In this document: one piece after another, positions 42,935 to 52,011 of the stretch
Layout: every line of letters begins with the position of its first letter
How positions within the stretch are numbered: the stretch's first letter is position 1
IMG/VR virus record: IMGVR_UViG_3300044798_000325
Location: 5,165 to 69,164 of that record
DNA: 64,000 nt
Reading direction: 5' to 3' (one strand)
From: a virus
The notes under the pieces: model-generated
Database searches by the model: none
Seen by the model: only the letters and a program-made list of their open reading frames with translations
Told to the model about the DNA's origin: nothing
Made by a program: the position numbers and the translations under genes

Positions 42935-44905
42935 TCAAGCGTCACCCGGACGTGTTTCGGTGCTCTTGTCTACCGATGCACCTTGATCCATACCCGCAAA
43001 CCGAAGAAACCAATCGGCCAACTTTTCCATAGTCCTATGCTCCAATCTGTCAAGTATGGACGTCAGGGTCACGCCCCACGTGAGGTTGGCGAATGATAGA
43101 AGTAGCAAGAGCAGCAGGATACTGGAGAGTGAATACCTTCCCCAAGCTGTCATTGGCCGTGGCAGTGCCCATGGGAATGTGTAGCCGATGCTCACGATAA
43201 TTGCCATGGCACCGACGACAAGTACTGCACGTCGAACTTGTCTTGCCAAGTTGGCTGCTTTGCAACGTAGATTCACGCGACGAACAATATTATCCTCTTC
43301 ATACTTCTGGATCTTGCTTTCAGAAACACGCCGCCTCTCCTGTTCTCTAATCACGGTATCTTTGAGGTCGGCACGAAGCATTTCCGTAGCTATTTTGAGC
43401 ACTTCTTGAACAGTGCCTTCTGAGAAAGCAGTTTCGTCACCCCGCGTAAGGTCCATAAGGGCACTCTTCGCTGCTAAAGAATGCCTAAGAATGTAGTATT
43501 CATCAGCCGAAATTATGTCTTTGTCCTGCAATCGTGCTACTTCAGCGAGATACTTCTTCCATAGGTAGTCCGGCGGTTGCATGGCCGCAAATACTTGCGC
43601 AAGGAGCTGTTTGCGCGGAAGATCGGGTGCCTTTGTTGGATTCTTGAGCCACAATAGATTCCCTAAAGCATAATCAGTCATGCACAGTGCGACGACACCC
43701 GGTGACGCCTCGTGCTGAAAAAACTGCCTCGTCACTCTTGCCAAGGGAGAATTACTTGTGACAAAGAGCGCCCATGACAACTCCGGCGAGAAAGACTCCC
43801 TGCCTCTGCGCAGTCTGGCAATTGCGGAAATGGAGTCGACATCGTTTACACGGGCCTTGGGACTGATATAGTGAATCTCAGCGTCGATGGCCTTTTCAAA
43901 CCCTTTTTCATCCACCAGGAAAATGGCTTCGTATGGAGGCTTCTCATCAACAGTGATTTCCAAGGAACGTAACTTTTCGTTCAGGCGGGCGATCATCAAT
44001 TCAACATCTGATGCCGTCCGTCCGGTTTCGATGAAATACTCCATGCTCGGCCCAAACGAGTCGCGGAAGCGACCATAGCGGAGACGTTCTGCACAAGCGT
44101 CAAGAATCCCGCGGAGTTCGTTTATCGTGTGCTGAAAACAATAAAGTTCGGCTCCATGTTCTTTTAACAGACTGATGAGCTCAAGACTGGGGGCCGCACA
44201 TATGGGTCCTGCGTAGCCCGCAGCGAAGACTATGATTTTTGTATCGAGGTAAACTCGCGTGTTTTTGAAGCGTTGTTGCACCCTACCTGGATCTGGCAAG
44301 TAGAGAGCGTTTGTAAGCAAGTTACCCTGAACAAGGGCGACGATGTCCTCAAAAACCTGTCTGTCCTTCGACTGCGCTTCCGCGATGAACGAGCCTACGA
44401 TGAACCCGCGCCCTGACCGGTCATATGTACCTGAAAAACTGCTTCTCTCAGCGAACGTGAAGAGCAAGGACAATGAGTTGTCACGAAGGAAGCTATGCAA
44501 AGCAGCACCGGCGTCTTCCTCCGTCCAATCGACTGAGTGTGCACTTTTCGAATATTCCGAAAGTTTCCTCAAGATGATATCGTGAATCGCTTCGACCTTC
44601 AATTGTCTTTCGCGGAATCCAGTTTCGGAACACTTCGCGGCGATGCGATAGAAAACGCCATACTCTCTTCGTAGATAGCCACGTTTTGTGGCGCGCACAA
44701 GGATCATTTTAAGTGGGTTGAATGGAATGTCCAGGCCAAACTCTGTTTTGAGCTGCATCTGGAGAGATGGGAGAGAAACGGCATCGTCTGCGGATTTCCG
44801 AACGCACTCAATAGCGAAGGGAACAAAACTTTCGACATAGTCCTTGCCGCAAACATCCCAGTTTACTTTTAGAATCGCGAGACTCACCAGACTTGATTCA
44901 TGCAT
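42935..44905 (-). CDS. Uncharacterised protein with PIN-like core and two C-terminal TM helices (candidate defence protein)
   Basis: AGGGGAG RBS before the ATG at 44905; VYLDT, TINEL, NDVDS and FVTSN acidic pattern; two hydrophobic segments near the C-terminus. Confidence 0.7.
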   Translation of the reverse strand: MHESSLVSLAILKVNWDVCGKDYVESFVPFAIECVRKSADDAVSLPSLQMQLKTEFGLDIPFNPLKMILVRATKRGYLRREYGVFYRIAAKCSETGFRERQLKVEAIHDIILRKLSEYSKSAHSVDWTEEDAGAALHSFLRDNSLSLLFTFAERSSFSGTYDRSGRGFIVGSFIAEAQSKDRQVFEDIVALVQGNLLTNALYLPDPGRVQQRFKNTRVYLDTKIIVFAAGYAGPICAAPSLELISLLKEHGAELYCFQHTINELRGILDACAERLRYGRFRDSFGPSMEYFIETGRTASDVELMIARLNEKLRSLEITVDEKPPYEAIFLVDEKGFEKAIDAEIHYISPKARVNDVDSISAIARLRRGRESFSPELSWALFVTSNSPLARVTRQFFQHEASPGVVALCMTDYALGNLLWLKNPTKAPDLPRKQLLAQVFAAMQPPDYLWKKYLAEVARLQDKDIISADEYYILRHSLAAKSALMDLTRGDETAFSEGTVQEVLKIATEMLRADLKDTVIREQERRRVSESKIQKYEEDNIVRRVNLRCKAANLARQVRRAVLVVGAMAIIVSIGYTFPWALPRPMTAWGRYSLSSILLLLLLLSFANLTWGVTLTSILDRLEHRTMEKLADWFLRFAGMDQGASVDKSTETRPGDA

Positions 44906-45254
44906 GACGACTCCCCTGCTGTGGCACCGGATAATTTGTAATAAAAAACCCGTTCTTAAAAAACGGGGCATCTGTAAGCCAATATATATTTCCCTCCAGC
45001 ATTACTATACGGGATGGAACTAAACACAGATTTCCATATCTTAGTTCATAGATATCACGATTTTCATTTCAAATCTACTATATGATGAAAAATTATATGC
45101 CGCGGGACTTCAGGAAGTTACAAATACCCACGCTTATCCGAAAAAGCGCCATCCAAAAAATGCATGTTACGAATGGAAATACTCGGAATATCCCCACAAG
45201 TCAATTGAATATTTTTATTTTTAACGGAATGTCCCATTTTAAGGTAGTGTCTTT

Positions 45255-45686
45255 TTATAAATATTTTAGGAGTCCAAATGCACCTAATGATAAAATTGAT
45301 AGCCAAACAAATATTGAGAAAAGGGTCCAAAAAATATTCTGATGCCAGGGGGATTTTACAAAAGTTGGGAGATCGTCTATCCGTTTTCCAGTCTCAACCC
45401 ATTCTTTTATATCGGCCACGGCTTGAGAATGTCCTCTTGATTCACCAAGGAGAAGCCATAGACCTATTAGTATCGATAAAGTCATCAATGATATTGAAAT
45501 CAAAAGAAGGATGCTCAGTAACTTTTCGCAGGGTAGGGGCTTGTCTTGTAATCCAATCAGAAGGACTAAAGATGGTGTCAAAATAGTTATCGCAACACGA
45601 ACCCACTCAAGCCTTTTCTGGTAACCACCAATACGGTGATCTTGAATAAGCGGGAGAGCTTTTATTTTTTCTTCTTTGTGGTTCAT
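45255..45686 (-). CDS. IS passenger: 3-TM membrane protein
   Basis: 143 aa with three hydrophobic segments; ends just inside the TIR. Confidence 0.75.
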   Translation of the reverse strand: MNHKEEKIKALPLIQDHRIGGYQKRLEWVRVAITILTPSLVLLIGLQDKPLPCEKLLSILLLISISLMTLSILIGLWLLLGESRGHSQAVADIKEWVETGKRIDDLPTFVKSPWHQNIFWTLFSIFVWLSILSLGAFGLLKYL

Positions 45687-45730
45687 AATTTGGAGCGTTA
45701 CTTTATAAGGGAAACGTAGAAATATTCAAG

Positions 45731-45764
45731 GAAAAAGAAAGGCGGGGAAACGTCCCCGCCTTTT
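45731..45764 (-). terminator. Rho-independent terminator (potentially bidirectional)
   Basis: AAAGGCGGGGA-AACG-TCCCCGCCTTTT with T-rich tails on both strands. Confidence 0.75.
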
Positions 45765-45797
45765 GTGTGCTTAAAGGAAGGGTTAGGATAATATTAC

Positions 45798-46043
45798 TCA
45801 GGCTGGAATCCCATTATTGGGGTTAGGAATTTTATATGTACCTTTCCGTAAATTAGCCGCTTGCCTTGTTGACGAAATAGACTGAAACGCTTTTAACAAA
45901 CATAAAGCCGCCGGAAGTAACGCCCACCATGCCCATAAATAGCCAACCCCAACGGAAATAATTATCCAGAGCCAAAATCCATTCGCGTGTCTGTGTGCGG
46001 CGGCATCAAAATCTCTTGCGGTAGCGGTCCGCGCATTAAGCAT
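45798..46043 (-). CDS. IS passenger: small Trp-rich membrane protein
   Basis: AAGGGGG RBS; 81 aa with a hydrophobic hairpin. Confidence 0.7.
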   Translation of the reverse strand: MLNARTATARDFDAAAHRHANGFWLWIIISVGVGYLWAWWALLPAALCLLKAFQSISSTRQAANLRKGTYKIPNPNNGIPA

Positions 46044-46109
46044 TCTCTACCCCCTTTTGCAAAGTGTGTGCTGATTATTCGTCGTGCTCCTCCATAAATG
46101 GCATTTTTG

Positions 46110-47015
46110 TTAATCCACATCAGGATCATCAATATCAAGCGGAACCGTTTTCCCATAACGAGGCAAGGCCCTCTCGATAGCACGTTTGAATTGTCCCCAA
46201 TTGGTTGTTGCCTTCATCAATGCGATTACAGCCGCCAAATGCTCTCTCAGGCGAGGATGACCAACATCTTCGGTTAGTCTTTGAAAATAGCGGTGCCTCC
46301 GCCTCCCTTTATCGTCCTTTGGGGTTATCCGCTTAAGTTCATCAAGTACGCCTGGGGCGATCCGTTCATAAACCAAATCGTTTGTTAATGTTCCGATATA
46401 TTGCGGCCGTTTTACGGAAAATGGTTGATATTGCCAACCTTTTAATCTAAACAGGCGCTCATAAAACTCGTCCGGGAATGTCTTAGCCCATTTTCGCAGT
46501 TCTTTTGCGATAAACTTTTCAAGGATTTCTTCTAATGCTTGCCGTGAACGTATTTCCTGATAACCCGTTGCTTCATCAACGAGCGCAATGATCCCAACCC
46601 GAGCAAATCCCCTCAGCAATATTTCACACTGATCAGCAATATGCGTTTGCTGATAATTTAGCTTTCCCTTCTTTCTTGCAGTTAGCACGGCATCACAAAG
46701 GTCAGCCAAAACAGTGGCCTCATATCCATAAGCCACATTACCGCCGGCAATTTGAAACTTAATGGGGTTAGTGATCACATCTATTAACTCACCGGAAGCA
46801 AAAGGTTTAATTGATTTTGTTGATATGAATTTAGCCAAACGATCACCACCCCCTCTTCCCGCCGTTCCTTGTTTCATGTCGAGTGCTGTCATCATACCCC
46901 GTTGAACAAGCACCCTTTTTTCATCCTCCAAAACATAACAGGGTATCTCAATGTTGCCAAAGCGAAGGGGTCTATCTGGAGAACCACAGATACTTTTGGG
47001 AATGTCTTTTGTCAT
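46110..47015 (-). CDS. P63C domain protein
   Basis: IPCYVLED..RVL, GFARVGIIALVDEATGYQ, W.KTFPDEFY, TNDLVYER.APGVL; ATGA overlap with the transposase. Confidence 0.9.
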   Translation of the reverse strand: MTKDIPKSICGSPDRPLRFGNIEIPCYVLEDEKRVLVQRGMMTALDMKQGTAGRGGGDRLAKFISTKSIKPFASGELIDVITNPIKFQIAGGNVAYGYEATVLADLCDAVLTARKKGKLNYQQTHIADQCEILLRGFARVGIIALVDEATGYQEIRSRQALEEILEKFIAKELRKWAKTFPDEFYERLFRLKGWQYQPFSVKRPQYIGTLTNDLVYERIAPGVLDELKRITPKDDKGRRRHRYFQRLTEDVGHPRLREHLAAVIALMKATTNWGQFKRAIERALPRYGKTVPLDIDDPDVD

Positions 47016-47890
47016 TGAATCACCTCCACAGCTCTTCGTAAGGTTAATCCAAACAGATCGTCAGTCTTCCGGTAATTGTGGCGGTAGCAGAATTCATCGA
47101 TATACTTCGGAAGGTAACGCAAGCTGACTTTGTGATATTGGCCGACGATCCCCCGTTTCAATAACGCCCAAAACGATTCAATATTGTTGGTGTGCTTGTT
47201 TCCATCAACATACCATAAGGTATGATTGGTTACTTGGTGAGCAACGATCTTCTGTATCCCTAAATAGCCCTTGTATTCATCCGTGATAAGTGTTGCGTTT
47301 ACCGTATCGATATGGTTACGGACAAGGGCCTTAAGATTCTTGCCGTTTAGCTTTTCCTTCTTCATAACCTTTGCCCGTACCGATCCGTTACGTTCAATCA
47401 TTCCAACAACCGGAGTCTTTTTAGTTCCCCGGCCTCGTTTAAGAGGTTCGCCATTCCCACCGCCCTTGCGCGGTTTACCTCCAATATAGGTTTCGTCCAT
47501 TTCAACGATACCCGTTAATAATGCCCTTTGGTGCTGTTGTGTCATGGCTTGCCGTACCTTCATGCCCATGCGCCATGCCGTGTCTTTGTTTACTTGAAGA
47601 TCACGGCCAAGTTGACGCGCGGAAATCCCCTTCTTTGCATTCAGCACTAAAGAGATAGCGAGAAACCATTTCTGTAAAGGTAAGTGGGTATGGTGAAAGA
47701 TGGTGCCTACTGTAACGCTAAAGGTCGTGTTACAGTTATTGCAATGATAGCGCATTTCTTGCGTCATCGGTGTTTGATTATCCGATCCGCAGTAGGTACA
47801 TTTTGGAGTGCCAGACCATCTAACGCCCTCTAAATGATTGATGCAATCTTTTTCTGTGGGGAATTTCTCGTAAACTTCGATGATGTTCAT
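47012..47890 (-). CDS. IS1595-family transposase
   Basis: Zn ribbon (CTYC...CNNC), HTH, VEMDETYIGG, ITDEYKGY, HTNNIESFWALLKR, EFCYRHN; AGGAGG RBS before the ATG at 47890. Confidence 0.95.
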   Translation of the reverse strand: MNIIEVYEKFPTEKDCINHLEGVRWSGTPKCTYCGSDNQTPMTQEMRYHCNNCNTTFSVTVGTIFHHTHLPLQKWFLAISLVLNAKKGISARQLGRDLQVNKDTAWRMGMKVRQAMTQQHQRALLTGIVEMDETYIGGKPRKGGGNGEPLKRGRGTKKTPVVGMIERNGSVRAKVMKKEKLNGKNLKALVRNHIDTVNATLITDEYKGYLGIQKIVAHQVTNHTLWYVDGNKHTNNIESFWALLKRGIVGQYHKVSLRYLPKYIDEFCYRHNYRKTDDLFGLTLRRAVEVIQ

Positions 47891-47914
47891 GGTCGCTACC
47901 TCCTGTTGGGACAC

Positions 47915-47943
47915 ACGGTAGCACTATGTTTCGTGGATGTCAA
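47915..47943 (-). promoter_or_regulatory. Transposase promoter
   Basis: TTGACA-17 nt-TACCGT with an extended -10 TG, just inside the TIR. Confidence 0.55.
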
Positions 47944-48049
47944 GAGAATTCTTCTACCTTATTCTGGGACATTCCGATTTTTAATATCGGTCCACAACCC
48001 GGACAATTTATTATCTCGCGGGCCAGAACTTCCTGGTTTCCTTTTTTGT

Positions 48050-48157
48050 TTATTTTTTCTTCACCGAACGGTCGGGCTTAGTTTTCTTGGTCTTTTTCTG
48101 ATCCCTCAGCAATCGGGAAATGTCTTTCTGCCGGTTAGTGGTCCGTGCCTTGGCCAT
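48050..48157 (-). CDS. Candidate 35-aa basic peptide
   Basis: AAAGGA RBS; MAKARTTNRQKDISRLLRDQKKTKKTKPDRSVKKK*. Confidence 0.4.
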   Translation of the reverse strand: MAKARTTNRQKDISRLLRDQKKTKKTKPDRSVKKK

Positions 48158-48210
48158 GAAAATTTCCTTTCTGGAGACTGAGTTACCGAAAAATATTAAT
48201 CTGTGGAAAA

Positions 48211-48242
48211 TATATTTAAGAATACACGTATTCTTAAATATA
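48211..48242. repeat. Palindrome P2 (12-8-12)
   Basis: TATATTTAAGAA-TACACGTA-TTCTTAAATATA. Confidence 0.75.
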
Positions 48243-48388
48243 ATCGTCTTTCATGGACATTTGATTCTGTGCGTTACACCTACGAAGGCGGAGAAGCAAC
48301 TATCTGCTGAGAGTTGAAGATTGCCATAAGAAACCCCGCAGACAAGTCCGGCTTGGTGGATCCGTCTAATGGTCGTGTTCTATTACAT

Positions 48389-50095
48389 CTATATTGTCCA
48401 AGTATCGCTCATCAGCTTATTTTCCCAAGCCGATTTGTTTTCCAGATCGGGTACGGCAAGCATCAACAGTTTTCGAGGCCGGGTGATTCCAACATAGACG
48501 ATCCTCAATTCCTCGCTGTCCTGAATGCTAACCTTTTGTTTCAGCAATGTATTATAAGACGGCCCCAAACCTTTCGTTCTTAATATCACCAGAACAGCCT
48601 CGAAAGTTTCGCCTTTGACGGAGTGAATGGTACCTAATCGATATTCTGTTGTCTGCTTTTTGTCCCTCCCAAAAAGATCATGAAGAAGAAGATGACCGTG
48701 ACTGACTTTTACCTTGAATTCAATTTCGATATGCTCCCGTCCTAAGCCTTCGTTGGCAGTTTCTACCCAAACCCCGATAGAACGATCTGTCTTTGGCAAA
48801 ATACTCATAAGCTGAAATACGTATTTCCGAACTTCAATGAAGCCATGCTTCTGAACAAAGCTTTCGACATCCTCGGCCGAACAATACTGAGAGTTGTTGG
48901 TTCTCTTGATAACCGCTTTTAAGACCAAATGAAAGCCATGCTTGAAGTCACCGTTGTCAAATAGATGTTTTCCCTTTGCAAAGTCTTTGCAAAAAGGATC
49001 ACTATCATGCCACGGATATTCATTTGCCGCAATCGCCTTGATTCCAGTTATCGCATCGAAAATGCTATTGCTTCTGTAAATAATTGCAACATTCTCCGGA
49101 ACCATTTCTATCTCGTATTTAGCACAACGTGATTTAAAATCCTCGATTAGCTTAGGCATGTTGGTCGGGTCATAGATCGTCACTATAGGCGTACAATCAC
49201 AATCCCTGACGTCATCATCGATAGCAATCGACGTCTCACCTAACGAGGAAAGTCTACATGTGCAGTTGCATATATTTTGCGAGCTACGCCTGTTTTCGTT
49301 CAGAATGATAGAATTGTCTGACCATTGTTCTGTTTTTTTGATAAACAGATGCGGTCTAGCATTATTCCACTCAAAAATAGCTTGGTCCGGATCGCCAACC
49401 AACATGACCTCGTTCAAGCCATTGGCAATGAGTTGATTGATTATTCTCATCTGAATTTCTGAGGTATCTTGTGCCTCATCCACGATCAGCATAGGGAACC
49501 GGAGAGCGAGTGCTCTTGACACTTGGGGATATTTTTCAAGGATTTGCATAGCAAAATAATTCGCGTCTTCTTGATTCGCATAACCTGCTTTTATCAGCCT
49601 ATTCTTTGCATCCAAAATAGACTGATTGCTCTGCCAGTTCTTTGGCATGATATGTATCTTCATAGCGTAAGGCTCTCCACTCGCAGAAAAGCTTATGCTG
49701 TCAAAGAACTTTTCAGAGAAGTATCTGCCTGTCCATGCTCCATGTGGTTCGCCTACAAGCACTGGCCTTGATTTACATTTCATTACGAGGTGACCGAATG
49801 GAAGGAAGATGAATCGGTTTATAAAGCTATCGATAGTCCCAAGAAAATGTGGGTGAGAAATGGGTGCCTCGATATCAGAGTGCTTAACGATTTGATTCTC
49901 TATTGTTTGCCATGCAATATTTGTAAAGGAGATCGTCGCTATCCCTTGATGCTCCAATCTCCAGTTGGAAATATTGTGAGCCAATCGGGCGGCAACTGAG
50001 TATGTTTTGCCGCTACCAGGACAGGCCCGTACTACGAATTTGCCTTTCTTCTCAAAAACGATTTGTCTTTGGATTTTAGAAAGCGTTTCAAACAA
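48389..50095 (-). CDS. gajB: UvrD-like helicase, Gabija protein B
   Basis: ACPGSGKT, VDEAQD, VGDPDQAIF, NRRSS, TIHSVKG, YVGITR; directly downstream of an OLD nuclease. Confidence 0.85.
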   Translation of the reverse strand: MFETLSKIQRQIVFEKKGKFVVRACPGSGKTYSVAARLAHNISNWRLEHQGIATISFTNIAWQTIENQIVKHSDIEAPISHPHFLGTIDSFINRFIFLPFGHLVMKCKSRPVLVGEPHGAWTGRYFSEKFFDSISFSASGEPYAMKIHIMPKNWQSNQSILDAKNRLIKAGYANQEDANYFAMQILEKYPQVSRALALRFPMLIVDEAQDTSEIQMRIINQLIANGLNEVMLVGDPDQAIFEWNNARPHLFIKKTEQWSDNSIILNENRRSSQNICNCTCRLSSLGETSIAIDDDVRDCDCTPIVTIYDPTNMPKLIEDFKSRCAKYEIEMVPENVAIIYRSNSIFDAITGIKAIAANEYPWHDSDPFCKDFAKGKHLFDNGDFKHGFHLVLKAVIKRTNNSQYCSAEDVESFVQKHGFIEVRKYVFQLMSILPKTDRSIGVWVETANEGLGREHIEIEFKVKVSHGHLLLHDLFGRDKKQTTEYRLGTIHSVKGETFEAVLVILRTKGLGPSYNTLLKQKVSIQDSEELRIVYVGITRPRKLLMLAVPDLENKSAWENKLMSDTWTI

Positions 50096-50098
50096 GGA

Positions 50099-51853
50099 TC
50101 ATTCACCCTTCGACACCCACTTGATTGCCGCCTTGATATATTCTGGTACTGTAAAGCTCTTGCGCACCTCGGCATCTTCTGCCAATTTTACAGCAAGGTT
50201 ATGTGACAGTTCTGACTTTGCCTTATTTGCTGTTAGCTTTTCAAGAAAACTATCTACCTGTTCTTCAATCAAAGCATCAGAATCAATCTTTTTCGCTGCA
50301 ATTGGGTGCATCTCTTGAAATATTTTCAGAAGTGTCTTGCTGTTTGTCCCTGCTTTAAAAAGCTCATATTCGAAGGTCTTCTCCGCCAGATATACCTTAA
50401 GCAAACCCTTTTCGAGGCCCGTGGCCTTGTTTGCTCGCGAAGAAATCTCTTCATTGCCAGTGCGATCATCGTCAGTCAATATTGCGCATCTACAGGATAG
50501 GCGGTTAGAAGGGTTATCTGAATTGAACAACTTACCGAAATGTTCGAAGGCAACTCCATTGAGATTAACTATTTCAACCCCTTTCTTTTCAATATCGTAT
50601 TCGTCACCCATAATTTGCGAAAAAACAGGGAGCAGCAATGCTTCGGATATACCTTCAACTAAAATCACTCCGTTCGAAAAGAATAGCTGACTTTTTGTCA
50701 CGTCTAAAAACTTCCCCAAGTACTTCTTGTTGGGTTCGCCTAAGTCGGATTTTTTTATGGATAATGAAGTTATCTCGCCGTCTTGTTCTTGTAGAACAAC
50801 CAGAGAATCCAAAGCGGCCTTGGCTGTTATCGTTGGAGAATGTGATGTCACGAATATTTGAAAGCCTATTTTATTCAGCTTGTTGAGGTAGTTAAAGAAT
50901 ATGGTCTGGAGTTGAGGATGCAGGTGAGCTTCCGGTTCTTCTATCAACAAGGACACGTAGGCATCGCCGTCAAGTTCCTTCCTGCGTTTTAAATCTCCGA
51001 GAACTGTCGCGATATATATTAGGTTATTGTATCCGAGTCCATTCTGATAGAGCTCGAAATACTTTTGGCTTTCTTTATTGTCCAGAGTAGTGTCGCTGTA
51101 TACCGGTGTCTGGATTCTAAGGTTGTCGACAATCCTCCGAAACTCGAAGGGTAAGAAATCAATTTCGACCGTCTGCTCTTTGCCGCGTATCGTCGTTTCC
51201 TTCAAATGCTCATTAACTTTCTCCTTCCCTTTTTTAATAAGCTCGATCCAATCCTTGTCCTCCCCCAAGGTTGACCTGACCCTCTTTGCAAGGGTATCCT
51301 GCTCTTTATCATCCGTAACGATTTGGGCATACAGTTCGCCAAGCCTATTTCCCTTTACAGGTCGCAGGTGTTGCACCGCATCCCTTAGTGCGTCTAAATA
51401 GACGAAATATATCAGGTCAAGAACATCAGGTGTAATGGATTGACCTTCTTTATCTCCACCCCATACCTTGTATTTGAGTCTTCTAGTTCCTTTACGTTCC
51501 TCTATGAAATATCGAAAATGGAGTTGAAGCTCCTTCTTCCCTTTATCATCCACGACGCTCAGTAGTTCGTTATAAATTCCGGCCTCTTCTTCTCTCTGTA
51601 CTTCAAAATACAAATGAAATTCTATGTCTCCTATTTTGGCATTCGGATCATTTTTATCAATATGAAAATCGCCCAGAGAAACATAGATATCCCTCCACTG
51701 TTTCCCATAGCTCAAACTAATCCGCAGAGCATCTAATAACGCGGTTTTGCCCGAATTGTTTTCTCCAATCAGGATGTTTACGCCTTCGTTCAGATCAATA
51801 GTTGCGTCTTTTATACATCTGAAATTCTTTACCCAGAGCTTCTTGAGATACAT
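50099..51853 (-). CDS. gajA: OLD-family ATP-dependent nuclease, Gabija protein A
   Basis: GENNSGKT Walker A, GLGYNNL signature, LIEEPEAHLHPQLQ, TSHSP, TOPRIM VEGISE and TDDD. Confidence 0.9.
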   Translation of the reverse strand: MYLKKLWVKNFRCIKDATIDLNEGVNILIGENNSGKTALLDALRISLSYGKQWRDIYVSLGDFHIDKNDPNAKIGDIEFHLYFEVQREEEAGIYNELLSVVDDKGKKELQLHFRYFIEERKGTRRLKYKVWGGDKEGQSITPDVLDLIYFVYLDALRDAVQHLRPVKGNRLGELYAQIVTDDKEQDTLAKRVRSTLGEDKDWIELIKKGKEKVNEHLKETTIRGKEQTVEIDFLPFEFRRIVDNLRIQTPVYSDTTLDNKESQKYFELYQNGLGYNNLIYIATVLGDLKRRKELDGDAYVSLLIEEPEAHLHPQLQTIFFNYLNKLNKIGFQIFVTSHSPTITAKAALDSLVVLQEQDGEITSLSIKKSDLGEPNKKYLGKFLDVTKSQLFFSNGVILVEGISEALLLPVFSQIMGDEYDIEKKGVEIVNLNGVAFEHFGKLFNSDNPSNRLSCRCAILTDDDRTGNEEISSRANKATGLEKGLLKVYLAEKTFEYELFKAGTNSKTLLKIFQEMHPIAAKKIDSDALIEEQVDSFLEKLTANKAKSELSHNLAVKLAEDAEVRKSFTVPEYIKAAIKWVSKGE

Positions 51854-51958
51854 AATGGAACCCCCTTGATTTCAGTTAATTATCGATTACCACCGATACT
51901 TCTGTATTTCAAAAAATATTTTGAAATGCACATTTTAGGAAGAATTCTGTTAATCGGT

Positions 51959-51988
51959 TATTTAAGAAAATATGCATTTTCTTAAATA
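51959..51988. repeat. Palindrome P3 (12-6-12)
   Basis: TATTTAAGAAAA-TATGCA-TTTTCTTAAATA. Confidence 0.75.
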
Positions 51989-52011
51989 TATTCCAGTTAA
52001 CGTTACCGTAT

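Larger units (their letters stand above)
45225..47976 (-). mobile_element. Complete IS1595-family element with three passenger genes (transporter IS)
   Basis: 23-bp TIRs: CGGAATGTCCCATTTTAAGGTAG (45225-45247) versus the reverse complement of 47954-47976, CGGAATGTCCCAGAATAAGGTAG (20/23). 8-bp TSD ATTTTTAA at 45217-45224 and 47977-47984. Confidence 0.9.

Noticed and set aside
42354-43096. ORFs 42354..42656, 42811..43032 and 42893..43096
   Set aside because: No RBS or recognisable motifs; partly antisense to the 656-aa gene.
46038-46048. Alternative IS end (10/11 match to the reverse complement of 47943-47953)
   Set aside because: No flanking TSD; the 23-bp TIRs with a perfect 8-bp TSD define the element better.
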